Part shown: positions 25,685 to 35,741 of the stretch, one piece after another
Position numbering within the stretch: the stretch's first letter is position 1
Layout of the letters: every line of letters starts with the position of its first letter
DNA from: Pyrinomonadaceae bacterium
GTDB lineage: Bacteria; Acidobacteriota; Blastocatellia; Pyrinomonadales; Pyrinomonadaceae
NCBI GenBank assembly: GCA_041499185.1
Contig: JBGQJU010000012.1
Coordinates: 4,790-68,789, forward strand
Direction of reading: 5' to 3'
Length of the DNA stretch: 64,000 bases
Notes under the pieces: generated by a model
Databases searched by the model: none
Seen by the model: only the letters and a program-made list of their open reading frames with translations
What the model was told of the DNA's origin: nothing
Translations under genes and position numbers: made by a program

Positions 25685-27910
25685 ATGGCATTGCCAAAAC
25701 AAAGACTCACTGATCTCTACATGTGGCCGCTCACGGTGGCGGGCGCAGTTGTGTGCGTCTTTGCGGCCTATCGTCTCCCGGTTGCAAAGATCGATCTCTA
25801 TTTCCTGCTGCTGGTTCTCACTACTTTGATAATGGGATCGCGGGTCGCGATTCGTATTCCGCGCATCAACACTAACATCACGCTTGACGACACTTTTGTT
25901 TTTATCGCGCTGCTCCTTTATGGCGGTGGAGCAGCCACGCTACTCGGCGCGGTGAGCGGTACTTGTTCCGCGCTGCACTTCAGCAAGAAACCACGGACTG
26001 TGCTTTTCGCCGGTGCTAGTCTGGCTTGCGCGGTCTACATTACTTCGTTTGTCTTGACGTTCGCGTTGGGCTCGACGACGGAGTTGCTTCATCACGGTCC
26101 CGCGCTTTCCATTATCGCCGTCGGTCTGATGGGACTGGTGCAATATCTTTCACACACCGGTCTGGTCGCGATCGCCAACGCCCTGAAAGATGATCAAAAG
26201 ATCTGGCACATGTGGAGCCAGAATTTCCTCTGGATATCAATCACCTATTTCGCCGGTGCCGGGGCCGCCGGAGCGATTGTTACCATGATTGGTACAGCCG
26301 GCTTCTATGCCTTTTTGATTGCGATACCGATCGTAGCCATTGTCTATTTTAGTTACGACAAATACGTCAAGGACGTTACGGCGTCTGCCAGCCAGGCTGA
26401 ACTGGCGGAACGCGCCCGTGCCGAACTTGAGCGCGAGCGCGCCGAACAGGCGGAACGTCATGTCCTCGAGCTTAATAGTTACATTGCAGAACAAGAGCGC
26501 ATCAGTCTGGCGCTGGAAGAAACTAAGGAACACTTTCGGCATGCAGCCTTTCACGACCCCCTGACGGGCTTGCCCAATCGCCTGATGTTCGCCGAACTCC
26601 TGAAGGCCGAAATCGAAAGCGCTAAACACCGCCACGATCACTTATTCAGCGTGTTGTTTCTCGACCTCGACCGTTTCAAGAACATCAACGACAGTCTCGG
26701 ACACACTCATGGAGATCTGTTGCTCGTGGCGTTTGCCCAACGTTTGGAACGTTGTCTTCGTCCGACAGATACGCTGGCGCGTTTTGGCGGCGACGAATTC
26801 GCGATCCTGCTCAGTGGCATCAAGGATGCCAGCGATGCAATCAGGGTCGCTGAGCGGATCCAGCAAGAACAGACTGTACCCTTCGAGCTCGATAAGAACT
26901 CGGCGTTTACTACTACCAGTATTGGCATTGCGCTCAGTACCACTGGCTACGAGCGGCCCGAAGACATTCTCAGAGACGCCGACACGGCCATGTATCGCGC
27001 GAAGGAGAATGGGAAGGCTCGGTACGAAATGTTCGATCAGGGGATGCATGCGCGCGCCGTATCGCGTCTGCGTTTAGAGGGTGATCTGCGGCAGGCAATT
27101 GAGCAAAAGGAATTCTGTATTCATTACCAGCCCATCGTTACCATCGAAACAGGAAGACTCGCCGGCTTTGAGGCACTGGTGCGCTGGAATCATCCGGAGC
27201 AGGGCTTGGTTCCTCCAGACGAGTTTATTCCTGTGGCCGAGGAGACCGGATTGATTGTGCCGATCGGACAGTGGGTCCTGGAACAGGCATGCATGAAGTT
27301 AAAGGAGTGGCAACAGCAATCACCATGCTTCCGATTGTTGAGTCTCAGCGTCAATCTCTCCGCAAAACAAATGTCTCAACCCGACCTCGTAGATCAGGTT
27401 AAGGTAGCCCTTGAAGCAAGCAAGCTCAATCCGCATTGCCTGAAGCTGGAGATCACAGAGAGTGTGGTCATGGAGAATGCCGAAGCCGCGACCACGATGT
27501 TTAAGCAGTTGCGCGCCCTTGGTGTGCAGCTCAGCATCGACGATTTTGGCACCGGCTATTCGTCTCTCAGTTACCTGCACCGCTTCCCGGTAAATTATCT
27601 GAAGATTGATCGCTCCTTTGTCAGCCGAATGGCCGATGCAAACGATAATGCGGAAATCGTGCGCACGATTGTTACCCTGGCACGCAACTTAGGGATGGAA
27701 GTCATCGCGGAGGGAGTGGAAACTCAGGAGCAGCTCGAACAACTCAAGGCGCTCGGTTGCGAGTACGGCCAGGGGTATCTCTTCTCGCGACCGGTTGATA
27801 CCGCAACGGTTCCCACACTGCTCGCTAACGAGCTGGCGCGCGAGACCGGCCTGAATCTTCCGGAGATTTCTCCTCAAGAAGAACCGGTGATGAGCACATA
27901 CCAAATGTGA
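25685..27910 (+). CDS. membrane-bound GGDEF-EAL (diguanylate cyclase/phosphodiesterase) protein
   Basis: N-terminal polytopic membrane region, a coiled coil, RFGGDEF, then EAL motifs FEALVRW and DDFGTGYSSL. Confidence 0.9.
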   Translation: MALPKQRLTDLYMWPLTVAGAVVCVFAAYRLPVAKIDLYFLLLVLTTLIMGSRVAIRIPRINTNITLDDTFVFIALLLYGGGAATLLGAVSGTCSALHFSKKPRTVLFAGASLACAVYITSFVLTFALGSTTELLHHGPALSIIAVGLMGLVQYLSHTGLVAIANALKDDQKIWHMWSQNFLWISITYFAGAGAAGAIVTMIGTAGFYAFLIAIPIVAIVYFSYDKYVKDVTASASQAELAERARAELERERAEQAERHVLELNSYIAEQERISLALEETKEHFRHAAFHDPLTGLPNRLMFAELLKAEIESAKHRHDHLFSVLFLDLDRFKNINDSLGHTHGDLLLVAFAQRLERCLRPTDTLARFGGDEFAILLSGIKDASDAIRVAERIQQEQTVPFELDKNSAFTTTSIGIALSTTGYERPEDILRDADTAMYRAKENGKARYEMFDQGMHARAVSRLRLEGDLRQAIEQKEFCIHYQPIVTIETGRLAGFEALVRWNHPEQGLVPPDEFIPVAEETGLIVPIGQWVLEQACMKLKEWQQQSPCFRLLSLSVNLSAKQMSQPDLVDQVKVALEASKLNPHCLKLEITESVVMENAEAATTMFKQLRALGVQLSIDDFGTGYSSLSYLHRFPVNYLKIDRSFVSRMADANDNAEIVRTIVTLARNLGMEVIAEGVETQEQLEQLKALGCEYGQGYLFSRPVDTATVPTLLANELARETGLNLPEISPQEEPVMSTYQM

Positions 27911-27972
27911 TGAAGCCCGGGACGAAAAGTGCGGGCACATAGTTTTTAGCCAAAGATACCCGGCAACGTCTT

Positions 27973-28776
27973 TCACACATCGTAGCGAGCCGCAGGGCTA
28001 CCCGCTGGATAAAACACGCCCAAAAGTTGCAACTCTTCGGTACCAGTGTTTTCAACGCAGTGGACCTGGCCCTTTGGCAAATAGACGCAGGACCCAAAAG
28101 CGATCTGCGTGTGCGTTTCGCCGGCCCACATCCGTCCCGTTCCCCGCAAAATGAAGAGCACCTCTTCGTAGTCGTGAAAATGATCCGGCGCGCGGCCCGG
28201 CGGAACCGTGCCGACGAACTGCGTCACTTTTGCGCTGCCCACTTCATGGTCTATCAGCACGCGGTACCAGCGATCGGCAGTTGGGATCGCTTCGCGATTA
28301 GCAAGATGCACAAGCGGGGAGGCCCCCTGTCGAGTCTCCCGAGAAGACGAAGACGTTACACGCGGACCAATAGCTGGGTCACCTACTGGCTCGGGACATT
28401 GCGAACTGATCAGCACCAGCGGCTTTGGTCCGGGATGGTCAACGGTGAGTGTTTGCCCGGGTCCCAAGTAGATCGCGGTCTCAGTCGTCACTGCAAAGGC
28501 GCAGCCATCGATAAACACTGTGGTTTTCCTTGCTGGTTCATTTGCGGAGTTCACCTCGATCGCAGCGGCGTTTTCCAGCACGTACAGAACCTCTTCAGAC
28601 CTTTCATTGCGCATTCCAGGTGAGATGCCTGGCGCAAATTCGAGCACGCGCAGCGAGATCGCCTGCGCGCCGACACTCCGCCCGATCTGTGGCCACACGG
28701 TTAAGGTTCCATGCACCAGAGGAGTGCCTTCGCGCATTTCCGAAACGCGGCAACCGCCTTCGAGAATCACAGCCAT
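27973..28776 (-). CDS. bicupin-domain protein
   Basis: Two cupin barrels. Motif PGRAPDHFHDYEEVLFILRG fits G(X)5HXH(X)3-4E. Confidence 0.7.
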   Translation of the reverse strand: MAVILEGGCRVSEMREGTPLVHGTLTVWPQIGRSVGAQAISLRVLEFAPGISPGMRNERSEEVLYVLENAAAIEVNSANEPARKTTVFIDGCAFAVTTETAIYLGPGQTLTVDHPGPKPLVLISSQCPEPVGDPAIGPRVTSSSSRETRQGASPLVHLANREAIPTADRWYRVLIDHEVGSAKVTQFVGTVPPGRAPDHFHDYEEVLFILRGTGRMWAGETHTQIAFGSCVYLPKGQVHCVENTGTEELQLLGVFYPAGSPAARYDV

Positions 28777-28822
28777 CTGCGGGATTGTATATGAATGGGG
28801 CAGCGCTGCAAGACTTCGCCAA

Positions 28823-29473
28823 TCACGATTCTGTTTTTAGGTGCCGAGTAGTTTGCTCGGTCACTGACGAACCGGCGCGCAGCTCGGTCTGGAGATCGGA
28901 AGTCGTCGGCGAGCGAAACAATTCTGGCGGAGCTGCGCTCGGCAGTAATTGAGGCGCGCTTGCAACGTCCAAAAGGTTCTGCGACTGGGCGTCTAACGAG
29001 CTATCCTTCAATCCCTTGCGTGGTCGCGTAAACCGTACGCCGTTGAACACCAGGCCCAGACCTATTAAGAAAGTGATAAAAGCAAGTCCGAGCACCATTG
29101 TGATCAACATGGCGACGTCGTCCTTGTGCGTAAAAGTCAGAAGCACTAGCGCACCTATGCCTGCGCCGAGACCGGACGATGCCGTAATCACTCCCGCGCG
29201 CATCCGGCGTAAACGTCTCTCTTCAGGCGATTCGAGGAATTTTTCGATCTGCGGCAGTACGTCTTCAGCGACTCGCTTCAAATCTTCGGCGTCTTCAACT
29301 TCACGAATTTTCTCAGCCACCGCACGGCCGATATCCTCGCGCGCAGTCGCGGCGGATGCCGTGATCGAATCCGGCCGCTCAAGGCTGGCTCGCACGGGCC
29401 GCAGGTCCGTGCCGCAGGCGCGGCAATATTGACTCATCTGGCGTTCTTCGGAACCGCAGTCTGGGCAGTACAT
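28823..29473 (-). CDS. zinc-ribbon membrane protein
   Basis: N-terminal YCPDCGS...YCRACG ribbon and two TM helices (GAGIGALVLLTF, MLITMVLGLAFITFLIGLGLVF). Confidence 0.65.
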   Translation of the reverse strand: MYCPDCGSEERQMSQYCRACGTDLRPVRASLERPDSITASAATAREDIGRAVAEKIREVEDAEDLKRVAEDVLPQIEKFLESPEERRLRRMRAGVITASSGLGAGIGALVLLTFTHKDDVAMLITMVLGLAFITFLIGLGLVFNGVRFTRPRKGLKDSSLDAQSQNLLDVASAPQLLPSAAPPELFRSPTTSDLQTELRAGSSVTEQTTRHLKTES

Positions 29474-29512
29474 AGCTTTGAAATTATACGGCCACTTCGT
29501 CGTTCGGGTTCA

Positions 29513-29794
29513 TTAGTTCTGAACCTTGACGCCGCGCCAGAAGGCGACGCGGTTCTTGATCTCCACGGCTGCGGGCTTGGGATCAGGATAGTACCAGGCG
29601 GCATCCTGGTTGACCTGTCCGTTAACCACCAAGCTGTAGTAACTCGCCTCGCCTTTCCATGGACAAGTGGTATGCGTCGTGCTCGCTTGAAAGTATTCCG
29701 TTTTGATCGAGTCAGACGGGAAATAGTGATTGCCTTCGAGGACTACGGTGTCGTTACTCTCCGCCAGAATGGTGTTGTTCCAGATTGCTTTCAT
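29513..29794 (-). CDS. DUF427-domain protein
   Basis: NTILAESNDTVVLEGNHYFP...TTCPWKGEASYY...AAWYYPDP matches the DUF427 pattern. Confidence 0.7.
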   Translation of the reverse strand: MKAIWNNTILAESNDTVVLEGNHYFPSDSIKTEYFQASTTHTTCPWKGEASYYSLVVNGQVNQDAAWYYPDPKPAAVEIKNRVAFWRGVKVQN

Positions 29795-29827
29795 GTATGC
29801 ATGTTACGACTAAACCCCGAATGGCCG

Positions 29828-30109
29828 CTAAACGCCGCCACTGACAGAGGGGAGAATTGTGACTTCACTGTGATCCGCCAGCGCGGTATTCAGCACTTCT
29901 TTGCGCCGAATGTTCTCGTCATCTAAAAACACATTGACATGTGGTCTGACGTGACCCTGCTCGTTCAGAACTCGATCGCGCAGGCCAATATGCAGCCGCC
30001 ATAACTCATCGAGCGCTTCACCAACCGTCGCCGGCGAAGAGTCGAGAACGACGCGACGCTGTCCACCGGTAAAGTCGGTCAAGAAGCCTGCAATGTTGAA
30101 GGTGATCAT
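29828..30109 (-). CDS. MoaD/ThiS-family ubiquitin-like sulfur-carrier protein
   Basis: 93 aa with a beta-grasp-like pattern. The C-terminus is ...ILPSVSGGV (a Gly-Gly followed by one residue). Confidence 0.65.
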   Translation of the reverse strand: MITFNIAGFLTDFTGGQRRVVLDSSPATVGEALDELWRLHIGLRDRVLNEQGHVRPHVNVFLDDENIRRKEVLNTALADHSEVTILPSVSGGV

Positions 30110-30124
30110 AAGACAAGTAACAGT

Positions 30125-30221
30125 CCCAGGTCTCTAGTCTCAAGTTCCAAGTCCCAAGTCCTCGATTGATGCAGTTTCTGGTTCACCACCCTTGAGATTT
30201 GAGACCTGAGACCTTGAGACC
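30125..30221. repeat. intergenic short-period repeat blocks with partial inverse complementarity
   Basis: Left block ggtctctagtctcaagttccaagtcccaagtcc. Right block cttgagatttgagacctgagaccttgagacc (TGAGACC x3). GGTCTC and GAGACC are complementary. Confidence 0.75.
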
Positions 30222-30222
30222 T

Positions 30223-30921
30223 TTAGGGCAAGATTCCTTCCGGCACCATCCATGGGTGCAGATTGATCGTCAACCGTCCCGCCTGGACTGCGGGGTCAGT
30301 GGCTGACAATTGCTTCGCCTCATCCAACGATGCCACACGAAACACAAAGATGCCGCGCAAGTTGCCATTGTCACCGAATGGGCCGGCAACAACCAGCTTC
30401 TTAATTGCCGCTAGTCTTTGAATGTTGGCCATGTGGGCTTTCTGGAGTTCTTCAGTCGCGGGCGTTTGCTCCGGAGTCCACTTCGCGCCGCGCGTCAGAA
30501 AGCCCAAGTAAGATGTTTCGAGCTTGATGGGTGTCGCAGGCTTCTTCATCACGTCTTCCGACCACCACGGATGCATCTCCGCGATCAGATGTCCCGCCGC
30601 CACCGCTGGGTCGCCTTCGGCCCAGGCCTTTGCTTCATCTGCCGATTGGGCGCGAAAGATGTAGACGCCCCGAATCTCGCCGTCATCAGTAAGCGGGCCG
30701 GCAATCATCGCCTTACCTGATTCCAGCAACGAAGTCACATAAGCCACGTGCTCCTGATGAAGCCCCGCCGTTTCCGGCGTATTCGCCACAGTCCACTTCG
30801 GTCCTTTCTTGAGCAGCCCCATGTGGAACTGGACAAGTTTGAACTGCGGCTCTGACTTTTGTTGGGTAAAAGCAACATTGGTGATCAGACCGACGATAAT
30901 AAGCCAGAGTAAAATCCTCAT
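30223..30921 (-). CDS. secreted tandem YciI-like domain protein
   Basis: Signal peptide, then two repeats of the pattern AGP..D.G..RG(I/V)(Y/F)(I/V)FR..S.DEAK...DPAV.AG.L....HPW. Confidence 0.7.
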   Translation of the reverse strand: MRILLWLIIVGLITNVAFTQQKSEPQFKLVQFHMGLLKKGPKWTVANTPETAGLHQEHVAYVTSLLESGKAMIAGPLTDDGEIRGVYIFRAQSADEAKAWAEGDPAVAAGHLIAEMHPWWSEDVMKKPATPIKLETSYLGFLTRGAKWTPEQTPATEELQKAHMANIQRLAAIKKLVVAGPFGDNGNLRGIFVFRVASLDEAKQLSATDPAVQAGRLTINLHPWMVPEGILP

Positions 30922-30957
30922 TAGTGAATGCCTTTTCCTTTCCAGGTAGTCGGTTTT

Positions 30958-32082
30958 TCAGATCACCGCACTCTTAACACACACAATTGCCGGCAAACCT
31001 TCCATGATCGCATTCCAAGACTCGCCGCCATCATTTGAGCCAAACAGTTTTCCACTGCGTGTGCCGAAATAGAGCCCCATCGGCGTCAGACTGTCTCCTG
31101 ACATACCGTCGCGCAGCACAGTCTCAAATGCATTCTCCTGCGGCAGTCCGCTGGTCAGCGCTTGCCACGAGGCGCCGGCATCGCGCGTGCGATAGACGCG
31201 CAGCTTTGCTTCGGGCGTGCAGCGAAACTCGTCCGATTCAAGCGGAATGATGAACCCGGTGTTCGGATCGCTGTGATCGATCTCCATCGCAAAACCAAAA
31301 TCAGAGGGCACGCCGTTGGCGATGTCTTGCCACGAATCGCCGCCATCATCGCTGCGATAAAGGCCCCAGTGGTTCTGCAAGAACATTCTGTTTGAGTTCG
31401 ACGGATGGCTGACGATCTTGTGCACACACTGGCCAAATTCAGGGTACCAATTTTCGGGTGGCAGAAACTGCGCGCGCACACCAACGTTGCGCGCGTTCCA
31501 CGTTTCCCCTCCATCGTCCGTGCGATAGTGTCCGCCGGTCGAAATAGCAACGTGCATTCGCTTGCTGTTCGCAGGGTCCGGCAGGATTGTGTGCAGACAC
31601 AGACCGCCGCCACCCGGCATCCATTGCGGCCGGTGCGGATGATCGTGAAGCCCTTTGACAATCGACCACGTCTTGCCCGCGTCGGTTGATTTGAAAAGTG
31701 CCGCCGGTTCGACGCCACAGTAGAGCGTGTCCGGCGCGTCCTTGTGCCCCGCGGCGATCTGCCAGATCTGCTTCAGCGAGACTTCGGAACCTTCCGGAAA
31801 CTTGACGCCATAAGTCTCCGGCTCAGTCCAGTTCTTGCCGAAATCATCGGAGGAACTCAAGTAAGAACCCCAATGGGGGCTGTTGACCGCCGCCCAAAGG
31901 CGATTGCGTCCATTGCGATCGTCGTAAGCGAGCGCGTAAATCGCGCGGCCGGGGAAATAGGGGCCGCCCACTTCCCAGTTCTTTCGTGCTTGGTCAGAAC
32001 GCAATAGAAATGCGCCTTTCATTGTGCCGATCATCATCAGCACATCGCCGGATTTTGCGTGGACGTGATTTGTCGCAGGCAT
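30958..32082 (-). CDS. BNR/Asp-box repeat beta-propeller protein (sialidase-like fold)
   Basis: Six Asp-boxes: SDDFGKNW, STDAGKTW, TDDGGETW, SDDGGDSW, TRDAGASW and SNDGGESW. Confidence 0.8.
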   Translation of the reverse strand: MPATNHVHAKSGDVLMMIGTMKGAFLLRSDQARKNWEVGGPYFPGRAIYALAYDDRNGRNRLWAAVNSPHWGSYLSSSDDFGKNWTEPETYGVKFPEGSEVSLKQIWQIAAGHKDAPDTLYCGVEPAALFKSTDAGKTWSIVKGLHDHPHRPQWMPGGGGLCLHTILPDPANSKRMHVAISTGGHYRTDDGGETWNARNVGVRAQFLPPENWYPEFGQCVHKIVSHPSNSNRMFLQNHWGLYRSDDGGDSWQDIANGVPSDFGFAMEIDHSDPNTGFIIPLESDEFRCTPEAKLRVYRTRDAGASWQALTSGLPQENAFETVLRDGMSGDSLTPMGLYFGTRSGKLFGSNDGGESWNAIMEGLPAIVCVKSAVI

Positions 32083-32225
32083 CGAGGAAACTCCTAATCT
32101 CAGAAATTAGTTAATCGCGGAACAGTGGGATGGATTATAGAGAAATGCAGCAGAGCCGCAAAGGCGCGGAGCACATTACAGATTTATCAAGCTGTCAGGT
32201 AACAATCCGGCGACAGCTAGCCAGT

Positions 32226-35200
32226 CTATGTGGCAGCGCCATCGAGACTGTTCAAGAGCCTTTCCAAAACCTGCGGAAAATTCTTGATTGAAGACAGCGA
32301 TTTCAGTTGTTCGCGCGAGCGTTCAGTTAGTTCTTCAGCACTGAAGAAGAATCGGGTCACTCCAATCAGGGCTGGAAACTCCAGGCTGAGGATCGACAGA
32401 TAGTGCTCGACGGTTTCACTGAGCAGGAACATATGTATTCTTTGCCGTACCTCGGTTCCCAAACAATAACCAATATAGTCAAGCGGCCCAAACGCAACAT
32501 ATTCCCCATGTTCGAGTTCGCGCCTAGCTTCATCAGTCTGCCTGACTACACATCCCGGTTGTCCGACATAATCCATTGCTCGAGCGTCCGGGAAACTGTT
32601 AATCACGCTCTCCAGCGGCGCTTGGATCCAGAGCTCGTCCGGGGCAAGGCCGTCAACCGGCGCCAGCTTTTCGTCGTTGAACTGGATTTGAAAATCATCC
32701 TGGCCGATTGTATCGCTCTCCGCGACTACGATTTGTGGAATGATTATTCCGAACGTGTTGAAAGCAAAAGCTTGAAAACCTGTCAGAGCCGGGATTAGTT
32801 CTTCCCGGTTTACGGTTGTCTGGTTGCTGAGGTAGAACGTGACGGATTCTATGCCTGGGGCAATCTGCTCCGCCGCCGGCGCCTGAGATTCCGTTGCTAC
32901 CGCACGATCACCCTCAACTCCAGATTGAGCTAACTCCGCACAAAGTTGGGCCACGTTGACGATGGATTCACCCTTGGCCAGTACCTCTTTGAGTTTTAGC
33001 GTCAGTTTGTGCAGTTGGTACGGATCATTCCGTGTTTTCACGCAGTTCTCTGTTTCGCATTGGTCAAGGAGGTTCGCGGCCTCCTGATGGCCGCACAGTT
33101 TGTCGAGGTAGGGAATCAAAGCGAGTTCGATGCGCTGGGCGAATTCCTCTTGCGGATCATCCTGATCAACTGCCAGTTGGCCGTATGAAACCGACTGATC
33201 AATGACCTGAATCTGATAGTTCGCCTGGGGATCCGGAACTTCAATCGGTGAGAAGTTCAAAGACGGGACGAATAACCCATGTTCCCGCAGAATGTGCTCG
33301 CGCAACGCGGCGATCTTTTTCACGAATTCATCCGAGAGATCTGTACCTTCCGGATTCAGGATGACCGCGGCCAGATCGCTCCCCACAGAGATACGGATCG
33401 GATTGTCCTTCGGATCCAGTGCCAGAACGATCGGTCCGCATCTTGTAACCAGCTTGCGCTTGCGCTCGAGCCGGTCCACTTGATCGGACAACTCATCCAA
33501 TTGACTCGCCCAGGCTTCGATGCTCTGTGCGCGTTCCAACGCGGAATGCGCGTCCTTCAGTGCACGATCAAGCAATTCGATCGGATTTGGCGAGGTTGAG
33601 GCCACTTGTTCGAACGCCAGCGCGCGGTTCCATGGGTAGCGAGGAGAGGCGCTCCACAATCGCTCTGCTTCAGTATAGCAGTTCACGGCTTGCTCAAACT
33701 GACCTTGCGCATAGAGGAAGTTGCCTTCGTCGTTATAGGATAGCGAGGCTTTAGTTTCATATTCCTGCTGATCGCCATCCAGGTCAAAAGCGACTTTCAA
33801 ATGTTCGCGTGCCTCCGCCCAACGTTTCAAAGGACCATATACCCCCGCCAGGTTCGAGTGGTAGACCGCCTGTTTATTGTCTGAGTTGATTGCGTTCAAA
33901 TAGTGTTGAGCCGCCTCTTCATATTTCTCCTGAATGAAACAGACGTTGCCCACTCGATTCTGATAGACAGCCTCAAACGACTCGCCCTCAATGTCGCGCA
34001 TTTGCTTGAAGAGTCCCAGTGCTTCTTCCATCTTGTCTTGTTTCTGATAGTACTCGTCAGCCAGCTCCAGCAAGGCGTCTTCGGTGCTGCCATCGAGCTT
34101 CAGCGCTTCCAGCAAGGCGGCTTCCGCCGCCTCAAACTGTCCCAGCTCTCGCCGCATCTGAGCGATTCGGGACAGCATGCTTGTCTGCAACTCAGGTTGT
34201 TTCTGTCCTACTCGAGCATACCAGTCGGCTGCCTCGGCCCACTGCTCTTGCCGCTCGCATAGTTGACCCATTCCCCAATAACCGTTATACGCGTCCGGGG
34301 CTACCTCGATTGCTTTAGTGAATGCTTCGTGGGCACTTTCAAACTTGCTGTTACCTTCTTCAAGATACGCAAACCCTTTCCACGTGTAGGCGTCTAGTCT
34401 GTCGGGTTCCAGCTCAACCGCCTCCTGGTATTTGGCCTGCGCGGTATCGAAACGTTTGCTGGCCAGATAGGCATCGCCAACGTCCAGGTAGACTCTGTAT
34501 TCGCCCGTTTCGTCAACGGCGGCCGCGCGCTGCGCAAGTGGCATTATGTGCGATTCGTATTTCTCGATGAACTCAGGCCGGCCATACAAACGCAAGAGGC
34601 GTGTGTAGCCTAAGCTGTCGCCGCCGATCTTGTTGATTGCTTCCTGATACCAGGTCCTTGCTTCTTCCGGCTTGCCTTGCTTGTCCACAAGGTCGCCCAG
34701 ATAGATGTAGCCTTCAACCTCGTCCGGAGCGGCCGCCAAAGACTTGTCAAGGTAGCTTCGGGCGGTTTCAAAATCGGTTTGTTGCAGATAGTAATCGCCC
34801 AAAGCGGCGATGATGCGGCCGGTGCCGGGCGCGAGTGCGTCCGCCTGTTGCAAGAGTGACAAAGCGCTCTCCGGCTGCGGAAAGTAGTACAAGTGGATCT
34901 GCGCGGCGGTTATCAGGAGCCGGGCGCGTGTGTTCGAATGCAGAAACTCCTGTCCCGAGAGGTACGGAAAGAACTGATACACTTCGGTCCAGCGCTCGTG
35001 CAGTATCAAGCGAGTGGCGCTCTTAAAATCGTGTGGGCTTCGAAATTGTTCCGGAAATGGCAGCGATAAGTCGACCAGGCTTTGCGCTAACGTTAGTCGC
35101 CAATAGCAGAGCGCTTCTGCGAAGGTCCGCAACCACTCGCGCCAGCCAAGATCGGCATTGCGCTCGAACAGTTCGCGCAGCCGGCGCTCTTGCTGAGCGA

Positions 35201-35720
35201 AGAGTTGTTGTTCGAACCAGGTGCGCAGTTTAATCAGCGCCGGCCGCAGCGACGCTGGATCGGCAGAGCCGATCTCTTCACTCAACAGTTTCCAGATTCT
35301 TAGAGCATCTCGTTCCGTCAGAAAAGAGCTGCGTATTTGCTCGAGCACACGCGTAGCCTCTCGCATGTCGGCGTCCTTGGCCGCCACCTGGTGATAAGCC
35401 TCCGCCAACTGCTCCGTGACCGGGGGACGAGAAGCTTCGAAAGCAACTACGAGGGGAACGCCCGGAGTCGGTTGGGTCTCGGTCGGGATCGATAGCGGGG
35501 CTGCTTCGGCGGGCGATCCAACGGACGTTGCTTGAGTTGGTTCTTGACGATAGCCGCAGCGCCCACATCTGCCGATGGTGCGCGACATCAGCTTGCCACA
35601 GTTTGGGCACGGCCCGAGTTCTTGCGCGCATAAATCGCATTTGGATTGATCAGGGGATACGAAACCGGCGCAAAGCGGATTGGGGCAGGGGATTCGTTCT
35701 AGAGCGGTTGCTTCCGTCAT
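32226..35720 (-). CDS. large soluble protein: N-terminal double zinc ribbon + TPR array + two C-terminal FlhA/FHIPEP-cytoplasmic-domain-like modules
   Basis: IPCPNPLCAGFVSPDQSKCDLCAQELGPCPNCGKLMSRTIGRCGRCGY. Many TPR-like units (AxxxYxxAlxlxP). The C-terminus resembles FlhA-C: IRISVGSDLAAVIL...IAALREHILREHGLFVPSLNF...ANYQIQV and GHQEAANLLDQ (compare Salmonella FlhA GRQEAQQLLDR). No TM segments. Confidence 0.65.
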   Translation of the reverse strand: MTEATALERIPCPNPLCAGFVSPDQSKCDLCAQELGPCPNCGKLMSRTIGRCGRCGYRQEPTQATSVGSPAEAAPLSIPTETQPTPGVPLVVAFEASRPPVTEQLAEAYHQVAAKDADMREATRVLEQIRSSFLTERDALRIWKLLSEEIGSADPASLRPALIKLRTWFEQQLFAQQERRLRELFERNADLGWREWLRTFAEALCYWRLTLAQSLVDLSLPFPEQFRSPHDFKSATRLILHERWTEVYQFFPYLSGQEFLHSNTRARLLITAAQIHLYYFPQPESALSLLQQADALAPGTGRIIAALGDYYLQQTDFETARSYLDKSLAAAPDEVEGYIYLGDLVDKQGKPEEARTWYQEAINKIGGDSLGYTRLLRLYGRPEFIEKYESHIMPLAQRAAAVDETGEYRVYLDVGDAYLASKRFDTAQAKYQEAVELEPDRLDAYTWKGFAYLEEGNSKFESAHEAFTKAIEVAPDAYNGYWGMGQLCERQEQWAEAADWYARVGQKQPELQTSMLSRIAQMRRELGQFEAAEAALLEALKLDGSTEDALLELADEYYQKQDKMEEALGLFKQMRDIEGESFEAVYQNRVGNVCFIQEKYEEAAQHYLNAINSDNKQAVYHSNLAGVYGPLKRWAEAREHLKVAFDLDGDQQEYETKASLSYNDEGNFLYAQGQFEQAVNCYTEAERLWSASPRYPWNRALAFEQVASTSPNPIELLDRALKDAHSALERAQSIEAWASQLDELSDQVDRLERKRKLVTRCGPIVLALDPKDNPIRISVGSDLAAVILNPEGTDLSDEFVKKIAALREHILREHGLFVPSLNFSPIEVPDPQANYQIQVIDQSVSYGQLAVDQDDPQEEFAQRIELALIPYLDKLCGHQEAANLLDQCETENCVKTRNDPYQLHKLTLKLKEVLAKGESIVNVAQLCAELAQSGVEGDRAVATESQAPAAEQIAPGIESVTFYLSNQTTVNREELIPALTGFQAFAFNTFGIIIPQIVVAESDTIGQDDFQIQFNDEKLAPVDGLAPDELWIQAPLESVINSFPDARAMDYVGQPGCVVRQTDEARRELEHGEYVAFGPLDYIGYCLGTEVRQRIHMFLLSETVEHYLSILSLEFPALIGVTRFFFSAEELTERSREQLKSLSSIKNFPQVLERLLNSLDGAAT

Positions 35721-35741
35721 GTCAGCTTTAACTATAGCGTG

